Positions 61,301 through 64,000 of a stretch of 64,000 nucleotides of DNA are shown here, one piece after another. The DNA is from Arcobacteraceae bacterium. Its GTDB lineage: Bacteria > Campylobacterota > Campylobacteria > Campylobacterales > Arcobacteraceae. The notes below the pieces were generated by a model. The model worked only from the letters and a program-made list of their open reading frames with translations, was not told the DNA's origin and searched no databases. Each line of letters begins with the position of its first letter. The stretch's first letter is position 1. Position numbers and translations under genes: made by a program. The DNA lies in NCBI GenBank assembly GCA_963662945.1, contig OY759974.1, positions 1,120,001-1,184,000 of the forward strand, given 5' to 3'.

Positions 61301-61552
61301 ATTTTCATTTTATCCTTAATCTATATTTATACCCTAATCATACCATTAATAAAAAATAGAACCTCAAAATATTGCAAATTGTTAATCATTTAAAATCTAT
61401 ACATTTTTGCTATAAAATATATAAATATTACAAAATTGTAATATTATTTATTTGGTATAATTTTTAAAATAATAAAATTAAATTATAATAATGAGAGTCT
61501 AAAGCCTTTAAATAAAGTATCTTTTATATATCCTATAAAACTAATAACACTA

Positions 61553-61568
61553 TGGTACGCCCTATGCA
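61553..61568 (+). promoter_or_regulatory. Sigma54-like -24/-12 promoter candidate
   Basis: TGGTAC-GCCCT-ATGCA has canonical GG-N10-GC spacing, 54 nt upstream of a small ORF. Confidence 0.4.
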
Positions 61569-61622
61569 GTAGTACAATGTATATAACTTGTAATTTTAAA
61601 ATTACAGAACAAGGAGTTTAAA

Positions 61623-61772
61623 ATGTATGAATGTCAAATAGTAGAAATAGAAGATGTAAATTTTTGTCATTTTATCAATCATTATGATGAACTAGAAAAC
61701 GATTATCTTACTTATGAAGAGTCAATTGAATACAATGACTTTGTAAATAACAATGAGTATGATGAATATTAA
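61623..61772 (+). CDS. 49-aa highly acidic micro-protein
   Basis: AAGGAG ribosome-binding site; MYECQIVEIEDVNFCHFINHYDELENDYLTYEESIEYNDFVNNNEYDEY. Confidence 0.55.
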   Translation: MYECQIVEIEDVNFCHFINHYDELENDYLTYEESIEYNDFVNNNEYDEY

Positions 61773-61787
61773 TAAATTCTAAAAACT

Positions 61788-61871
61788 AAAAAAGCCCCAC
61801 TATGAAGTAGAGCTTTTTTATAAATTTCGAATTTTAAGGAAAGTAGAGGTAAATGAACAACCTCAACTTGT
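61788..61871 (-). ncRNA. Candidate small RNA
   Basis: Minus-strand TATAAT (61883-61878), 5' hairpin, CUUUCCUU stretch, and a terminator that pairs fully only on the minus strand (G-U pairs). Confidence 0.35.
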
Positions 61872-61941
61872 AATACAATTATAAGAAGCGAAAATGAAAT
61901 GAAAATGAAATTACATGTTTATTAAAATAGTTTAGAAAATT

Positions 61942-62388
61942 TTAATATGCATGTAAAAATTTATTCAATTGATTTGCAAATTTTTGTGCATCTTTTTGGG
62001 TAAAAGGTGGTGGTCCTTTTGTTATCTCACCACTATCCCGAATACTTTGCATCAAATCTCTCATCGCTAAATATTGTTTTATATTTTCAGTTGTATAAAG
62101 TTCCCCTCTATGATCTATAGCATGAGCTTGTTTAGTAATGGTTCTATCTGCTAGAGGAATATCTGCTGTTATCACTAAATCTTCAGAATCTAGCATCTCT
62201 ATAATTTTATTATCAGCTTCATCTGCACCTGCCTCTACAATAAGATAGTGGATATTCTTAGCATTACTTCCTATTGATATCTTTTTATTGGATACAACAT
62301 AAGTTTCAATATTTCGTTTCTCTATAGCTCGAACTAAAATTGGTTTTAGAATATTTGGTAAAGCATCGCCATCAATGTATAATTTCAT
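61942..62388 (-). CDS. YaiI/YqxD family protein
   Basis: YIDGDA.P, DEAD, VITADIPLA. Confidence 0.88.
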   Translation of the reverse strand: MKLYIDGDALPNILKPILVRAIEKRNIETYVVSNKKISIGSNAKNIHYLIVEAGADEADNKIIEMLDSEDLVITADIPLADRTITKQAHAIDHRGELYTTENIKQYLAMRDLMQSIRDSGEITKGPPPFTQKDAQKFANQLNKFLHAY

Positions 62389-62400
62389 ATTTTATTGTAG

Positions 62401-63126
62401 CTAAATTTCCATTGTTTCTATAAGGAATTTCTTTAAAAACACTTCTCTACTCAAAATTTTTGCTCCAAGTTTAAGTTTGTAATCCATATATGGATGTCCT
62501 AAATTCCAAAAAAGAAAATTTTCTTTTTCCAGATATTGGGCAAGTAACACTAACTGTAAATTTCCATAATTATTGTATTTTTTTTCTTTAGAACTAAATC
62601 CACTTAAGCTTGTATAGATTTTGCCATGAGTAATATAACCTATTTCCCCTGCAACTATTTTATTTGTATCTTTATCTAAAATACCAAAAGATGTTAATTG
62701 AAATTTTTCTTTTTTATATTCTGTTGTTTTTAGATTTCTTAGAAGTTCGCAATATTTTCCTTTTATCCAAGAGTTATCATGATATGTACCTAAAATTTCT
62801 AAAATTTCTTCAAAATGTTCATCAATAAAAAAATGATATTTTGAAGGCTGTTTTAAAAGTTTTTGCACTTTTGTGGAGATATGTAAATCTGTAAACTCTA
62901 ATACAGCATAATCAAACTGCATTTCAGGAAGTAAATATTCACACTCATTTTCTTTATACCAAATAGAGATAAATCCAGCAAGTGCTAAATCTATATAAAA
63001 ATGGGGAGAAAAATCTTCACTGTAATAATAGTTCAATTCTTTACTGGTATATATAAAATTTTCTAAAAAATTTCTATTTAAAATAATATCATGAGAAATA
63101 CCATATACTTTATTTGATACAACCAT
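62401..63126 (-). CDS. Leu/Phe-tRNA-protein transferase-like GNAT-fold protein
   Basis: HISTKVQK, IVAGEIGY...YTSLSGF, YKLKLGA...SR..FL. Confidence 0.6.
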   Translation of the reverse strand: MVVSNKVYGISHDIILNRNFLENFIYTSKELNYYYSEDFSPHFYIDLALAGFISIWYKENECEYLLPEMQFDYAVLEFTDLHISTKVQKLLKQPSKYHFFIDEHFEEILEILGTYHDNSWIKGKYCELLRNLKTTEYKKEKFQLTSFGILDKDTNKIVAGEIGYITHGKIYTSLSGFSSKEKKYNNYGNLQLVLLAQYLEKENFLFWNLGHPYMDYKLKLGAKILSREVFLKKFLIETMEI

Positions 63127-63132
63127 AATTTT

Positions 63133-63540
63133 CTACTTTAGTTTTGAAAATACTTCTGCTATTTTATCTAAGTCAAAATTCATCTCTTCTAACTCTTTTT
63201 TTATATCTGGAATTTCTATATGTGACATATCTGGAACAGTAGAGACAAATAGTTTCTCTACTTTTAAAAACTGTTCTTTTTTTACAAGATTATTTTCAAT
63301 GCAATATTCTAGATATCTATTATATCTATCTTTAAAAATAAGATATTCTTGTTGTTGTTTTTTTGTTACAATTGTATCTTTGATTAAAAATAAAAATGAT
63401 TTTAAAAGAAGATCTTCGATATTTATATGTTCAACTTGCATTATATCAACAGCACCAATTGATTGGGCAAATTTATAAAATGTAATTGTTTTATAATCTT
63501 TTGTAGCTTGTTCTTCTTTCTTAAATAACTTTTTTAACAA
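63133..63540 (-). CDS. Hypothetical protein
   Basis: 135-aa ORF, TTG start after GGAG, co-oriented with its neighbours. Confidence 0.6.
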   Translation of the reverse strand: MLKKLFKKEEQATKDYKTITFYKFAQSIGAVDIMQVEHINIEDLLLKSFLFLIKDTIVTKKQQQEYLIFKDRYNRYLEYCIENNLVKKEQFLKVEKLFVSTVPDMSHIEIPDIKKELEEMNFDLDKIAEVFSKLK

Positions 63541-63882
63541 TTGATAACTCCAAACTTTAATACTAATGTATGGTATCTTTTAATACTTAAAAAAATCAAG
63601 AAAATTTGTTTGAAAAGCTCTAAATAAAATGAGAAAAACAATGTCTTTTCGTGTTTAAGTTTAGTTTAGGAGACTGCTTAATGAAATTAGTTTAGCAAAT
63701 AACATTGTTTGACTCTTTGTACAATTATAACAAATCATAAAAACCAATACAACATATTTGTAGTATAAAAAATATACAATTACAATTTTGAAACAAAATT
63801 GCTATATAAATTGTATTTACACTACAACCAATACTTAAGTGGAAAATGAGTAAAATTCATCCATTATGTATGAGGGAAAAAT

Positions 63883-64000
63883 ATGTCAAAAACTATTCTT
63901 ATCACAGGTGGTGGTACTGGTGGGCACTTAAGTGTTGCAAAATCTTTTATCGATGAATTTTACGCAAGAGGTTATAAAGTTATCTTTATAGGTTCTACAA
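63883..64000 (+). CDS. murG: MurG glycosyltransferase, 5' part
   Basis: MSKTILITGGGTGGHL...VIFIGS; truncated by the window edge. Confidence 0.85.
   Translation, partial: MSKTILITGGGTGGHLSVAKSFIDEFYARGYKVIFIGST

Noticed and set aside
1025-61359. Many 60-110 aa ORFs antisense to or inside larger genes (e.g. 1025..1255, 18345..18608, 30068..30400, 57716..57961)
   Set aside because: They overlap well-supported genes and show no independent motifs.

Overview
AT-rich chromosomal window from a Campylobacterota bacterium, most similar in gene content to Arcobacteraceae (inferred from leuS-lptE-folC-M23-bactofilin, porCDAB, mqnA and ankyrin proteins). Most of it is housekeeping DNA. The exception is an 18,608-bp Tn7-like transposon at 11153..29760. 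It has TGT...ACA termini, repeated AATAAAGTTTGATAAT-type TnsB sites and a perfect 5-bp target duplication (TTTCA). It is inserted inside the last codons of mnmG (gidA), and its end supplies a new in-frame C-terminus and stop codon. The element carries an internal tnsA-tnsB-tnsC(TniB-like)-tniQ operon and a separate, oppositely oriented TnsE-like gene at the mnmG-proximal end. It also holds a second, nested left end preceded by a diverged copy of the mnmG tail, which suggests an earlier insertion at the same nucleotide in another allele. Cargo is mostly defence-like: a GmrSD-type nuclease, a coupled methyltransferase/PRTase-like/ATPase/unknown operon, ExoIII, a candidate toxin-partner pair and two oppositely charged micro-proteins. 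No cas genes or CRISPR array are visible. The window also contains three tRNAs, several small ORFs missed by the ORF track, a candidate sRNA and two genes that seem to need ATA starts. All protein calls come from reading motifs by eye; no database searches were run.
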